From an uncultured Thiotrichales bacterium (lineage in GTDB: Bacteria; Pseudomonadota; Gammaproteobacteria; GCA-2400775), in assembly GCA_964617475.1 (NCBI GenBank), contig CAZTYM010000004.1:2132-66131 (forward strand): 64,000 bases of DNA, written 5' to 3'. Made by a program: the position numbers and the translations under genes. Shown here in pieces: positions 8,945 through 18,281 of the stretch. Numbering within the stretch: position 1 is the stretch's first letter; each line of letters starts with the position of its first letter. The notes below the pieces were generated by a model. That model saw only the letters and a program-made list of their open reading frames with translations, did no database searches and was not told where the DNA came from.

Positions 8945-9711
8945 TGAAGATAGTCAGTTGGAATGTTAACTCGCTACGTGTCAGATTACCGCATGTCTTG
9001 GATTGGTTGGCTTCAGCCGAGCCTGATGTCTTGGCCTTACAAGAAACCAAAATGACTGACGAAGAGTTTCCTGCTGAAGCGATTCGAGAGGTAGGTTACA
9101 ACGTCGTTTTCTCTGGTCAGAAAACGTATAACGGCGTCGCCATTATCAGCAAAGCAGAAGCCAGCGATTTCGTTACCGATGTACCTGACTTAGATGATCC
9201 ACAACGCCGGATATTAGCAGCAACGATTGATGGCGTACGTATCATTGATTTATATGTGCCAAATGGCCAAAGTGTCGAATCAGAAAAATACCCTTATAAA
9301 CTTGATTGGCTAGGCAAAGTTACTGCTTATGTTGAAGAGCAGCTCTCTAAATATAAGGAACTGGTAGTGCTAGGCGATTTTAATATCGCGCCAGAAGATA
9401 GAGATTGCTATGACCCCGAGGGTTGGGGTGAAGAAGTATTATGTTCCAAACCGGAACGCGCGGCATATCAAAAATTGATAGATTTGGGTTTGGTCGATAC
9501 CTTTCGTTTGTTTGAGCAAGAAGACCGTTCATTCAGTTGGTGGGATTATCGACAAATGGCGTTTAGACGCAAACGTGGCTTGCGTATCGATTTAGTCCTG
9601 GCTAGCACTGCCTTGGCAGATAAATGTATCGAAGGTTCCATAGACATAGGACCGCGGAAATTAGAACGTCCGTCCGATCATGCACCAGCCATAGCCGTGT
9701 TTGACCGCTAA
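8944..9711 (+). CDS. xthA: Exodeoxyribonuclease III
   Basis: SWNVNS, LQETK, YNGVA, GDFNIAP, WWDYR, LRID and SDHAP motifs. Confidence 0.96.
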   Translation: MKIVSWNVNSLRVRLPHVLDWLASAEPDVLALQETKMTDEEFPAEAIREVGYNVVFSGQKTYNGVAIISKAEASDFVTDVPDLDDPQRRILAATIDGVRIIDLYVPNGQSVESEKYPYKLDWLGKVTAYVEEQLSKYKELVVLGDFNIAPEDRDCYDPEGWGEEVLCSKPERAAYQKLIDLGLVDTFRLFEQEDRSFSWWDYRQMAFRRKRGLRIDLVLASTALADKCIEGSIDIGPRKLERPSDHAPAIAVFDR

Positions 9712-9752
9712 GAAAGAATGTATACTACTATCAAAAAGATCGGGGTTTTTTA

Positions 9753-9965
9753 ATGGCCACTCAAGAAGAGATATTAGAGCAAGCAATTGCTTTAAGCCCT
9801 AAGGAAAAGGCAAAGCTTGTTGATCAATTGATAGCAACATTGGATTGCCCAGATAAAGCGCTCGATCAATTATGGCGCGAAGAAGCGGAATCTCGTTTGG
9901 CTGCTTATCAACGTGGTGAGCTTCAAACCGTTACGGTGGAAGAAGTATTATCGAAATATAAATGA
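9753..9965 (+). CDS. Putative addiction-module antitoxin (TIGR02574-like)
   Basis: 70 aa with LSPKEKAKL...W.EEAESRL.AY..G pattern. ATGA overlap with the downstream toxin. Confidence 0.85.
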   Translation: MATQEEILEQAIALSPKEKAKLVDQLIATLDCPDKALDQLWREEAESRLAAYQRGELQTVTVEEVLSKYK

Positions 9966-10255
9966 AGATTGAATTCTTGCATCAAGCTCAAAAAGAGCTT
10001 GATGAGGCGATGGAATTTTATCGAAATGAACGTCAAGGCTTAGAGAAGTTATTTCTACAGGAAATGCTCAATGCTTTAGATCGTATATGTCAATTTCCGC
10101 AAGCATGGCATCCACTGTCAAGTAATACGCGTCGTTGTCAATTTAGACGGTTTCCTTATGGAATCATTTATTCAGTTGCAGAGAATGAAATAATAGTTAT
10201 CGCCGTTTCTCATTTGCATAGAAAACCTAATCATTGGCGAAAAAGAGTAAATTAA
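9962..10255 (+). CDS. Type II toxin, RelE/ParE family
   Basis: A..EL.EA..FY, RR...RRFPYGIIY and IAV.H.HRKP..W pattern. Confidence 0.88.
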   Translation: MKIEFLHQAQKELDEAMEFYRNERQGLEKLFLQEMLNALDRICQFPQAWHPLSSNTRRCQFRRFPYGIIYSVAENEIIVIAVSHLHRKPNHWRKRVN

Positions 10256-10630
10256 TTGGCAAGACTTAATAGCATCACAAGCGCTTATTCTGAGATAGTG
10301 GCGTTCACTACCAAAGATGGATCAACGATTCGCGAGCTCATGCATCCAGAGCATCATTCAGCGGAGAAGCAAAGTTTAGCCGAGGCCATTGTGCCAGTGG
10401 GTACCACTACCTTATTACATCAACACCACAAGACAGAAGAGTTTTACCATATCCTTGAAGGTGAGGGAGAAATGGTTTTGGGGGAAAAGTTATTCACGGT
10501 CAAACCTGGTGATACAGTTTGTATTAAACCGCATACACCGCATCAAATAACGGCTACTGGGGATCAAGATCTGCGTTTCTTATGCTGTTGTAGCCCCGCT
10601 TATTCGCATGAAGACACCGAACTTCTCTAA
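10256..10630 (+). CDS. Cupin domain protein
   Basis: H.H..TEEFY..L.GEG and PG....I.P.TPH.I cupin motifs. Ends CCCSPAYSHEDT. Confidence 0.85.
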   Translation: MARLNSITSAYSEIVAFTTKDGSTIRELMHPEHHSAEKQSLAEAIVPVGTTTLLHQHHKTEEFYHILEGEGEMVLGEKLFTVKPGDTVCIKPHTPHQITATGDQDLRFLCCCSPAYSHEDTELL

Positions 10631-11133
10631 TGTCTATAGTCATGCTAGAAGTCGAAGTTAGATTTTACCAATCACATGATTTAGCTTCGACGGTTGATTG
10701 TTTTGCTCAACTATTAAGCCATTATTCGCCGAAAAAAATCTTCATTAAAAGCGTGCTTAAAGAAAAAATTGATGAACAGTTCGCAGATGATCATTCTACA
10801 CTTAAGCTAATCGTAGCCTTAGATCAGAAAAAAGTAATCGGTCTAGCGACAACAGCGGAGCTATTCCCGGCCATGGATGATACAACGCAGCTCTTTATAA
10901 AAGAACTATTTGTCAAAGAAAGCTATAGGCGTAGAGGCGTCGCGACTACGATGATGAAATTTATTGCTCATTATGCGCTCGAAAATGGGATGAATCGAAT
11001 AGATTGGTTAGTAGATAGCGATAATGAGGCGGCGATGTCTTTTTATAGGCGATTTGCAGGTGACCCGATTAGTAATAAATCAGTATTTCGCTTGGAAAAT
11101 GAAGCTTTACAGAAATTTAATTACTCGCAATGA
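10630..11133 (+). CDS. GNAT family N-acetyltransferase
   Basis: LFVKESYRRRGVAT acetyl-CoA motif and N.AA..FY. Confidence 0.85.
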   Translation: MSIVMLEVEVRFYQSHDLASTVDCFAQLLSHYSPKKIFIKSVLKEKIDEQFADDHSTLKLIVALDQKKVIGLATTAELFPAMDDTTQLFIKELFVKESYRRRGVATTMMKFIAHYALENGMNRIDWLVDSDNEAAMSFYRRFAGDPISNKSVFRLENEALQKFNYSQ

Positions 11134-11177
11134 AAATTATGAGTAAGTTTCTATAACTTAATAACTTTTGATTTCTT

Positions 11178-11699
11178 ATGAATAAAATTTCAATTTGTTA
11201 TTATCGCACCAAGATTGGTGAGCTGTTATTAGGAGAATATCAAAATAAAATTTGTCTTTTGGATTTTCGCCATCGCAAAATGCGCTCTACTGTAGATAAG
11301 CGAATCCAGCAAGGTCTGCAAGCTGAATATACTGTTGAAGAAACTCCACTTCTACAAGGTTTAAAATCCGAAATAAATGCTTATTTGGCTGCTGAAATAA
11401 GGAAATTTTCATTACCAATATTTACTGTTGGCACAGAATTTCAAAAGCGTGTTTGGCAAGTACTTCTACAAATACCCTATGGAAAAGTCATCACCTATGC
11501 TGATTTGGCGGAAAAAGTTGAAAACCAAACTGCTGTCAGGGCGGTCGCCACAGCCAACGGTGCAAATGCCATGAGTTTAATCATACCTTGTCATCGCGTC
11601 ATTGGTAGTGATGGTGAATTACGTGGCTATGCGGGTGGCTTAAAGGTCAAGCAGCGATTATTAAATTTGGAGAGCCGTCAAGCAGTATTAGATATATAG
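11178..11699 (+). CDS. ogt: Methylated-DNA--protein-cysteine methyltransferase
   Basis: GTEFQ..VW, IPYG..ITY, PCHRV active site and GYAGG. Confidence 0.93.
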   Translation: MNKISICYYRTKIGELLLGEYQNKICLLDFRHRKMRSTVDKRIQQGLQAEYTVEETPLLQGLKSEINAYLAAEIRKFSLPIFTVGTEFQKRVWQVLLQIPYGKVITYADLAEKVENQTAVRAVATANGANAMSLIIPCHRVIGSDGELRGYAGGLKVKQRLLNLESRQAVLDI

Positions 11700-11772
11700 T
11701 CATCTCGGTTTAGTAATCATTCACAGGTAGTATTACATAATCGGCAGTAAGTTTTATATAAATGGAATAATT

Positions 11773-12195
11773 ATGAAATTAGACGGTTTTTCCATCGTGT
11801 TGGTAGTAGGCTTTATGTTGTCATCAACTTATGTTTTCGCCTCAGACATCAGCACATCTGTAATTCGTTTTGATGAATCGCCCTTTATTGCCGAAACGGT
11901 GTTTTGTGAAGAAGACCAAGAGTTAATTCCCGAAGATAATGACTTTGAAATTCTTAACTACGCGTTAATGAGTTCAGAGCAAGGAAATCGTTTTGTTTTA
12001 GCAAATATTAAAAATAAATCAGCTGGCCAAAGAATTCTAAGGCGCGAGCATTTAGTCGCAATCTTTGCCGATTGTTCTCAACGTCATCCTATTAATATTG
12101 AATATAAATTTGATGGTGGCGAAGTGGTGACGCGAGAGATCAACTTTGGTAATAATCGTTTTCCGATTATTAAAGTGATTTCGGAACTGGAGTAA
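11773..12195 (+). CDS. Hypothetical secreted protein
   Basis: 140-aa ORF with a signal peptide ending VFA and two cysteines. No motif recognised. Confidence 0.65.
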   Translation: MKLDGFSIVLVVGFMLSSTYVFASDISTSVIRFDESPFIAETVFCEEDQELIPEDNDFEILNYALMSSEQGNRFVLANIKNKSAGQRILRREHLVAIFADCSQRHPINIEYKFDGGEVVTREINFGNNRFPIIKVISELE

Positions 12196-12254
12196 CTATT
12201 TGCTTGATTAGTTGCAGCTGGGGAAAGATTACTTGGTAACTGAAGCATGGTTTG

Positions 12255-12409
12255 CCCTTCGACAGGCTCCCTTCGATAAACTCAGGGCAAGCGGTGTGAG
12301 GCGGATATACAGAAAAATCCAACTTTAATATACAGAATATACAGAAAATTCAAACGTTAATATGCAAAGATCTGTACCCCAATCACCCTGAGCTTGTCGA
12401 AGGGTGATT
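12255..12409. repeat. REP/BIME-like composite: inverted CCCTTCGACAAGCTCAGGG-type units around a 2x32-bp direct repeat
   Basis: CCCTTCGACAGGCTC (12255), CCCTTCGATAAACTCAGGG (12269-12287) and inverted CCCTGAGCTTGTCGAAGGG (12386-12404). Direct repeat at 12305-12336 and 12337-12368. Confidence 0.75.
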
Positions 12410-12497
12410 GTCGAATGAAGATTGTAAAGTAAAATTAATGCTTTTAAATATCTATCTGGATATCTACTAGGGTATTTGACTTTATAGCGGTGATTAT

Positions 12498-13028
12498 TCA
12501 GTTATCTTGTCTCTCTTCCTCTTCAGCCACTTTTTTTAAATTACCCATAACAACACCTAATTCTTTTTTAAACGTGCCGGCTAATAAGGCATAGTAAATA
12601 TGCCTTAAGCCACCACGAAAGTTTACTTCGTGGACGAAGGTGGTGAGGCCGTTTTCGTTTTCTTCGAAATAGCGCTGTAATTTGATGGTTTGATAAAGCG
12701 GGACTTTAAGTTCCTCGATAAACGAAACCCCGTCATTGACTTCTATCAATTCAAATTTAGTTTTCGGTGCGCCTTTGGCTTTCAAGTAGCCAATGGCGCC
12801 TTCGGTGAATTCGGCGTTATCTTTCAAATAAGAGTATTGCAAAATAGTATCGAATTTTTTCCAGTTTTCGACATCGGACCAAAGCCGCCAAATTGTCTCT
12901 TTGCTAGCAGTGGTTTCTACCGCGAGTTTTAACGAGCAATTGGGTAATACTTCAACTTCATTACTGGCTATGCTCATAGTGCTCAGAGAAAGTAATGTGG
13001 CGAGCACTACAATTGTCGCTCTTAACAT
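12498..13028 (-). CDS. SRPBCC/START-fold protein with N-terminal signal peptide
   Basis: AS.ETIW.LWSDVENW..FD pattern and C-terminal helix LKKVAE. Confidence 0.7.
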   Translation of the reverse strand: MLRATIVVLATLLSLSTMSIASNEVEVLPNCSLKLAVETTASKETIWRLWSDVENWKKFDTILQYSYLKDNAEFTEGAIGYLKAKGAPKTKFELIEVNDGVSFIEELKVPLYQTIKLQRYFEENENGLTTFVHEVNFRGGLRHIYYALLAGTFKKELGVVMGNLKKVAEEEERQDN

Positions 13029-13673
13029 TTAGACCGATTCGAGAATGATGTCGTAATGCAAAACCGGGATGCCATCTATCTTCTCACCCTGATTCTTGGC
13101 AATCATTAAGGGCCGTAGATTTTCTGCTTGGCGTAGTAAAAGACGGTCGACATTATTGAGTTCTTGGTCAGGGAAATACATTTGCGTGGTAAGGTCGACA
13201 TAGCCGCGTTTTGACACTTTAAAATGAATATGTGGTGGTCTTGTCCAGTCTGGTCTTGCCGGATAGGCGCCGGGAATAATCGTTTTAAAGCGAAAACTCC
13301 CGTCAGTGCCAGATTCAACTATTGCCCAACCTTCAAAGTGTGGATCCAGCGGTGCAGGGTTGGGATCAACAGGGTGTGTATAGCGGCCATGAGTATTGGC
13401 TTGCCATAAATCAACCAAGGCAGATTCGATAGGCTGGCCATCGGTATCGAGCACTCGCCCGCTGATAATTATTTGTTCGCCCTGAGCTTGCTCGCTATGA
13501 CCGTCAATTTGCGTCAAATCGAAATCTTTGTCTTTTAGTGCGACGACCGGGTAAAAAGGGCCTTCAACCTCGCTAGGTGTATGTGTTATTGAAGCAGTAC
13601 TATCCGTACAGGCAGTGCTTATACTAGCCAAACCGGCAATAGAGCTGGTTTTAATGAATTCGCGTCTTTTCAT
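13029..13673 (-). CDS. Intradiol ring-cleavage dioxygenase family protein (protocatechuate 3,4-dioxygenase beta-like) with Tat signal
   Basis: EGPFYP, WQAN..GRY, PGAYP, RPPHIHF and TTQMYF motifs. N-terminal KRREFIK. Confidence 0.88.
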   Translation of the reverse strand: MKRREFIKTSSIAGLASISTACTDSTASITHTPSEVEGPFYPVVALKDKDFDLTQIDGHSEQAQGEQIIISGRVLDTDGQPIESALVDLWQANTHGRYTHPVDPNPAPLDPHFEGWAIVESGTDGSFRFKTIIPGAYPARPDWTRPPHIHFKVSKRGYVDLTTQMYFPDQELNNVDRLLLRQAENLRPLMIAKNQGEKIDGIPVLHYDIILESV

Positions 13674-13721
13674 AGTAGGCGTATTATACGCTTAAGCCAA
13701 AGATAACAGTTTGACAATTCC

Positions 13722-15170
13722 ATGATAAAAAATTCAGCGATATTCTTGGGGCCGCTTGGCGCAATACTGATACCGAGCTTGATCGAGATAGAAGCACATC
13801 CACAAGCGCCGTTTATGCTGGGTATTGGTTTTTGGATGGTGTTGTGGTGGATCACTGAGTGCGTGCCGCTCGCCGTTACCGCTTTGATCCCATTGATTGC
13901 ATTTCCTTTTACCGGTATTGCGACAGCAAAAGAAATTGCGCCGCGCTATATGACCAGCATTATGTTTTTATTTGTTGGTGGTTTTTTAATTGCACAGGCA
14001 ATGGAACGCACAGACTTACATAAGCGTATCGCTTTGGCTATATTGTCTCGTTGGCATGCGACACCTATGCAGTTAATCACTGGCTTTATCATTGCCACTG
14101 CATTTTTATCGATGTGGGTATCTAATACCGCAACGGCTATGTTGATGTTAACGATTGCCTTGGCTGTTTTATCTCGCATAGATGGCATTAATATTGGAAA
14201 AGCATCTACCACCGTATTTGCTACGACCTTATTATTACTTATTGCCTATTCTGCCAATCTAGGTGGTATGTCGACACCAGTTGGTACGGTGCCGAATTTA
14301 GTCTTTATAGAGTTAATTGCAGAACAGAATGAAGCTCTACGGCCGACGTTTTTACAATGGATGTTGGTAGGAGTACCACTAACGATTGCTGGCTTAGTGC
14401 TGCTATTTTTCTTAGCAAAGTACAAACTGCGCAACATAGCCTGGTCAGCTGGGTCTGAGCTTAATGTAGCAGAAGACTATAGCGCCTTAGGCAAAATGCG
14501 CAAAGAAGAAAAAATTGTTGCCTGGGTATTGGGTTTAGCGGCTTTAGCATGGGTAACGCGCAAAGGCATTGTGTTGGATAGCTTTACATTGCCAGGTTGG
14601 TCTTCCCTATTGCCTTATCAAGGCGTTGACGATGGTACGGTTGCTGTAGTTGCTGCGTTCACTTTATTTATTTTTCGTGGTGGTGATGGCAAGGCGATTT
14701 TAGGTAAAGAAGCGTTTTCTCGTTTGCCTTGGGGTGTACTACTATTGTTAGGGGGTGGTTTTGCCTTAGCGACAGGTGTGCAAAAATCAGGACTTTCAGC
14801 ATGGATAGGTAGCAGTTTACATTTCTTTTCCGATATATCGCTGCTCTGGGTACTGATCGTCGTTGCGTTATTCATGATATTTTTAACAGAAATGACCAGT
14901 AATACCGCTATTACCCAGGTGATGTTGCCGATCTTGGCTGCCCTGGCCTTGGGCGCGAATTACGACATGATGATACTGATGCTCACAGCGACCTTTGCTG
15001 CGTCTTGCGCGTTCATGTTGCCGGTGGCGACGCCGCCTAATGCGATTGTGTTTGCTTCAGAGCGTATTCCTATGCAGAGCATGGTTAGAACGGGGCTGAT
15101 ACTAAACCTTTTGATGCCCTTCGTTATTGTTGCTGTGCTCTCCAGTCTAAGGACTTTACTGCCTGCTTAG
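13722..15170 (+). CDS. SLC13/DASS sodium:dicarboxylate or sulfate symporter
   Basis: LSMWVSNTAT, TPVGTVPN, TEMTSNTA and MLPVATPPNA motifs. Confidence 0.92.
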   Translation: MIKNSAIFLGPLGAILIPSLIEIEAHPQAPFMLGIGFWMVLWWITECVPLAVTALIPLIAFPFTGIATAKEIAPRYMTSIMFLFVGGFLIAQAMERTDLHKRIALAILSRWHATPMQLITGFIIATAFLSMWVSNTATAMLMLTIALAVLSRIDGINIGKASTTVFATTLLLLIAYSANLGGMSTPVGTVPNLVFIELIAEQNEALRPTFLQWMLVGVPLTIAGLVLLFFLAKYKLRNIAWSAGSELNVAEDYSALGKMRKEEKIVAWVLGLAALAWVTRKGIVLDSFTLPGWSSLLPYQGVDDGTVAVVAAFTLFIFRGGDGKAILGKEAFSRLPWGVLLLLGGGFALATGVQKSGLSAWIGSSLHFFSDISLLWVLIVVALFMIFLTEMTSNTAITQVMLPILAALALGANYDMMILMLTATFAASCAFMLPVATPPNAIVFASERIPMQSMVRTGLILNLLMPFVIVAVLSSLRTLLPA

Positions 15171-15226
15171 CTGTGAACTTGATAGGGTGCCGGTGAGTCG
15201 AATCAGCGGTATGTTAATATAACCCT

Positions 15227-16018
15227 ATGATTAATCAATTCTCAAATACAGAATTGCTCAGCGATATTGAGTTGGCGCGTTTTCAAAGAGACGGCTACCT
15301 CATTGTTCGTGGGATCGTTGATCCTTCAACCATTGAGCAAATGTCGGCCTATGTTGACGAGGCGTTGTCGCCATTGATGGCGCCGGTGGAGTTTGAAGTA
15401 GATGTTAAATATCCTGGCGCGCCTATAGATCGTGACGCACCAGGTGGTGCAACGCCACGGCGTTTGTTTAATGCCTATACGCGCGATAGAGTATTTCGTG
15501 ATTGGGCGCGTTCACCAGCGATTACCAAGCGTGTAGGCAGATTATTAAATAGTCAACATATTGTCTTGTCGCAAAACCACCATAACTGCATTATGACCAA
15601 ACATCCTGGTTATAGTAGCGCGACTTCCTGGCATCAAGATATTCGCTATTGGTCGTTCGATCAGCCACGCTTGGTTAATGCCTGGTTGGCCATTGGCGAA
15701 GAGACTGTAGAAAATGGTTGTATGTCAGTATTGCCAGGCTCGCAAAAATTAAATTTGGACCGAGGCCGGTTTGATAGTGAATTATTTTTGCGGACTGACA
15801 TCGAAGAAAACCAAGAGCTTTTAGCAACACAAATACCATTGAGCTTGCAGTCTGGCGATGTATTGTTTTTTGATTGCAAAGTGTTCCATGCGGCAGGTCG
15901 TAATACGACTCAGCAAGTAAAAAAATCCTTAGTGTTTACTTATCACGATATTAATAATCATCCTATTCCCGATACACGATCTAATAATGCACCAGGCATT
16001 GCTATTCCATTAGCATAG
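15227..16018 (+). CDS. Phytanoyl-CoA dioxygenase (PhyH) family Fe(II)/2OG oxygenase
   Basis: F..DGY, WHQD, ENGC..VLPGS and GDVLFF....FH motifs. Confidence 0.88.
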   Translation: MINQFSNTELLSDIELARFQRDGYLIVRGIVDPSTIEQMSAYVDEALSPLMAPVEFEVDVKYPGAPIDRDAPGGATPRRLFNAYTRDRVFRDWARSPAITKRVGRLLNSQHIVLSQNHHNCIMTKHPGYSSATSWHQDIRYWSFDQPRLVNAWLAIGEETVENGCMSVLPGSQKLNLDRGRFDSELFLRTDIEENQELLATQIPLSLQSGDVLFFDCKVFHAAGRNTTQQVKKSLVFTYHDINNHPIPDTRSNNAPGIAIPLA

Positions 16019-16045
16019 CCCGGCGCATAGAAAAAAGAACACACT

Positions 16046-17062
16046 ATGTCTTATACCATTACGCTACAAGGTGGCGATAAAAATTTTATTGCTAATGAAG
16101 GCGAATCATTAGTTGATGCGGCGCATAGACAGGGTATTCATTTGCCTTATAGTTGTCGTGATGGCTCATGCGGTACCTGTAAAGCCAAACTAGTTTCAGG
16201 TGAAGTCAAACATGACCATTACAGTAAACAAGCGCTCAGTGATGAAGAGCGTGAGCAAGGCCTAATTTTATGTTGCCAAGCTAGCGCATGTTCAGATGGC
16301 GAGTTAGAAGTAGACTTATCCAACCCCAACATTCAACGCCTGCCTAGTCGCGTCGATCAAATCGATCATCTGGCGCATGATGTCATGCGTTTATTTTTAA
16401 AACTGCCGGAAGGTAAAAAGCTTAATTATATTGCTGGTCAGTATATTGATATCATCATGAGTGATGGTCGTCACCGTACGTACTCAATCGCTAATGCGCC
16501 ACGCGAAGACGGGATGATTGAATTGCATATTCGAAACGTTGAAGGCGGTGAATTTTCCGATTTTGTTTTTCATCACCTTGAACAAAAAACCATATTACGT
16601 ATAGAAGGGCCGATGGGTGCTTTTTATCTTCGCGAAGAGTCGCAGCGGCCTATGTTGCTGATAGCAGGCGGCACCGGTTTGGCACCCATCAAAGCGATTG
16701 TAGAAGCTGCGCAGCAAAGTGGTGATAAACGAGAAATTATTTTGTATTGGGGTGTGCGTTCTAAACGTGATTTATATTTCCAGGACACCATTGAACAATG
16801 GGCGCAGCAAGCACATATAAATTATATACCGGTGTTATCTGAGCCAGATAGAGACTGGCAGGGCCGCACAGGTTTTGTCCATGAAGCGGTGTTAGCGGAT
16901 ATCACTAACATAGCGGCGCATGATGTTTATGCTGCTGGACCGCCGATTATGGTCAGTTCCGCGCGATCAAGCTTTTTAGCTGCGGGCTTGCCCGAGGATC
17001 AGATTTTTCATGATGCGTTTGAATGGGCCTTGGATACCCAGGCAGCAATCAAAGAAAAGTAG
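16046..17062 (+). CDS. 2Fe-2S/FAD/NAD oxidoreductase (CDP-6-deoxy-3,4-glucoseen reductase / Fre-like)
   Basis: CRDGSCGTC...C ferredoxin, RTYSIAN, GGTGLAP and AGPP.MV. Confidence 0.88.
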   Translation: MSYTITLQGGDKNFIANEGESLVDAAHRQGIHLPYSCRDGSCGTCKAKLVSGEVKHDHYSKQALSDEEREQGLILCCQASACSDGELEVDLSNPNIQRLPSRVDQIDHLAHDVMRLFLKLPEGKKLNYIAGQYIDIIMSDGRHRTYSIANAPREDGMIELHIRNVEGGEFSDFVFHHLEQKTILRIEGPMGAFYLREESQRPMLLIAGGTGLAPIKAIVEAAQQSGDKREIILYWGVRSKRDLYFQDTIEQWAQQAHINYIPVLSEPDRDWQGRTGFVHEAVLADITNIAAHDVYAAGPPIMVSSARSSFLAAGLPEDQIFHDAFEWALDTQAAIKEK

Positions 17063-17072
17063 TTTTAATATA

Positions 17073-18281
17073 CTAAATATTGCTTGGTAAGGACGAGTTA
17101 GTAGCGCTTTCAAGTCCTAGTTTATAAGCATTATTTGCCGCTTCTTCTTCACCAAGCTCTAGAAATACTTTGGCTTGTAATTGATAAGCTTCTGGTCCGG
17201 CACCTTGGTCAATGCCGCGTTGTAAATAATCTTTAGCTTTGCCCCACATTTGATTGGCGATCGCAAGTCTAGCTAAAGTAACAAACAGCTCGGGCGTTTC
17301 GTGTTCATCATTGAGCCACTTCTCAGCATGAACCATCTGCGTTAACACTTCAGAGCCATGTAATTGACCGTAAAGTTTTAGCAATTGGTTGTTACTGCCA
17401 TTATGGCTAATATGATAATCAATGTGATGAATGGCCTCATCAGTTTTTCCGCAAGCCGCTAAATGCTGAGCATAGGTAGCGGCGAGCACGTCATCTTTTT
17501 TGAGCGCTTTCGGTAGCCGCTCCCAAGTGCTATTCAGGTGATCACCATCACGGGTAGTGCCGGCGTTAATGAGTAACTGTTTATACGCTTCTTTTTGCCA
17601 GCCATCACAATCACGTTTTTCCATAACGCGATATTTTCTTACTAGCGGTAAGATTTCAATTAAACGTTCCCAGTCTTTTAGTTCAATATAGAGGCGAGCC
17701 AGTAGTCTAATAATCAGACTATTTTTAGGTGATTGATTATGTAGGCGCTTTAAGGTGGCCAGTGCTTGTTCGTATTGGCCTTGATTGATTTGCAGTTCGG
17801 CTTGTGTGATGCCGACAGTCATATCGACACTACTGTCCATCTCGTGGGCAATTTTCAAATAACGATCACGGCGTTCATGAGCGCCTTGCTGCTGTGCCGC
17901 GCGGGCAGCAGAAATATAATTAAGTGCTGGTTTATCGCAATCGCTGACATTGCTTAGTAAAAGTTGTTCGGCGGCTTCCCATTGACCAGAATTTAAGGCG
18001 ACCAGGCCTCGAACCATACAGCTATTGGCTTTATCGTGTTTGCGTTGTTCTGACCATTTACCAATTTTTTTAGGTGCTCGGCGGGTTATGCCAATAGCGC
18101 GAAATAAATAATACAAGACTATAAATAACAAAATTAGGATGACTACCAGTGAAGCCAGACTGGTTTCGATAGTGTGGTTTTGAAAGCTTAATATGACATG
18201 ACCAGGGTCGTCTTTGGCAAAGATTGCTATAGCAACACCGAGCGAAAGAACAACTAAAGCGGTAATTAACAACTTCATCAC
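17073..18281 (-). CDS. hemY: HemY-type membrane-anchored TPR protein
   Basis: DPG.V...IETS N-terminus, AARAAQQQG...RRD.YL and TPR repeats. Follows hemX. Confidence 0.9.
   Translation of the reverse strand: MMKLLITALVVLSLGVAIAIFAKDDPGHVILSFQNHTIETSLASLVVILILLFIVLYYLFRAIGITRRAPKKIGKWSEQRKHDKANSCMVRGLVALNSGQWEAAEQLLLSNVSDCDKPALNYISAARAAQQQGAHERRDRYLKIAHEMDSSVDMTVGITQAELQINQGQYEQALATLKRLHNQSPKNSLIIRLLARLYIELKDWERLIEILPLVRKYRVMEKRDCDGWQKEAYKQLLINAGTTRDGDHLNSTWERLPKALKKDDVLAATYAQHLAACGKTDEAIHHIDYHISHNGSNNQLLKLYGQLHGSEVLTQMVHAEKWLNDEHETPELFVTLARLAIANQMWGKAKDYLQRGIDQGAGPEAYQLQAKVFLELGEEEAANNAYKLGLESATNSSLPSNI

Noticed and set aside
12305-12368. Possible mini-CRISPR (two 32-bp repeats)
   Set aside because: The units are directly adjacent with no spacer, there are only two degenerate copies, and no cas genes are present.
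9753-12409. Integron cassette array
   Set aside because: The genes abut or overlap with no room for attC sites, no repeated RYYYAAC...GTTRRRY structures were seen, and there is no integrase.
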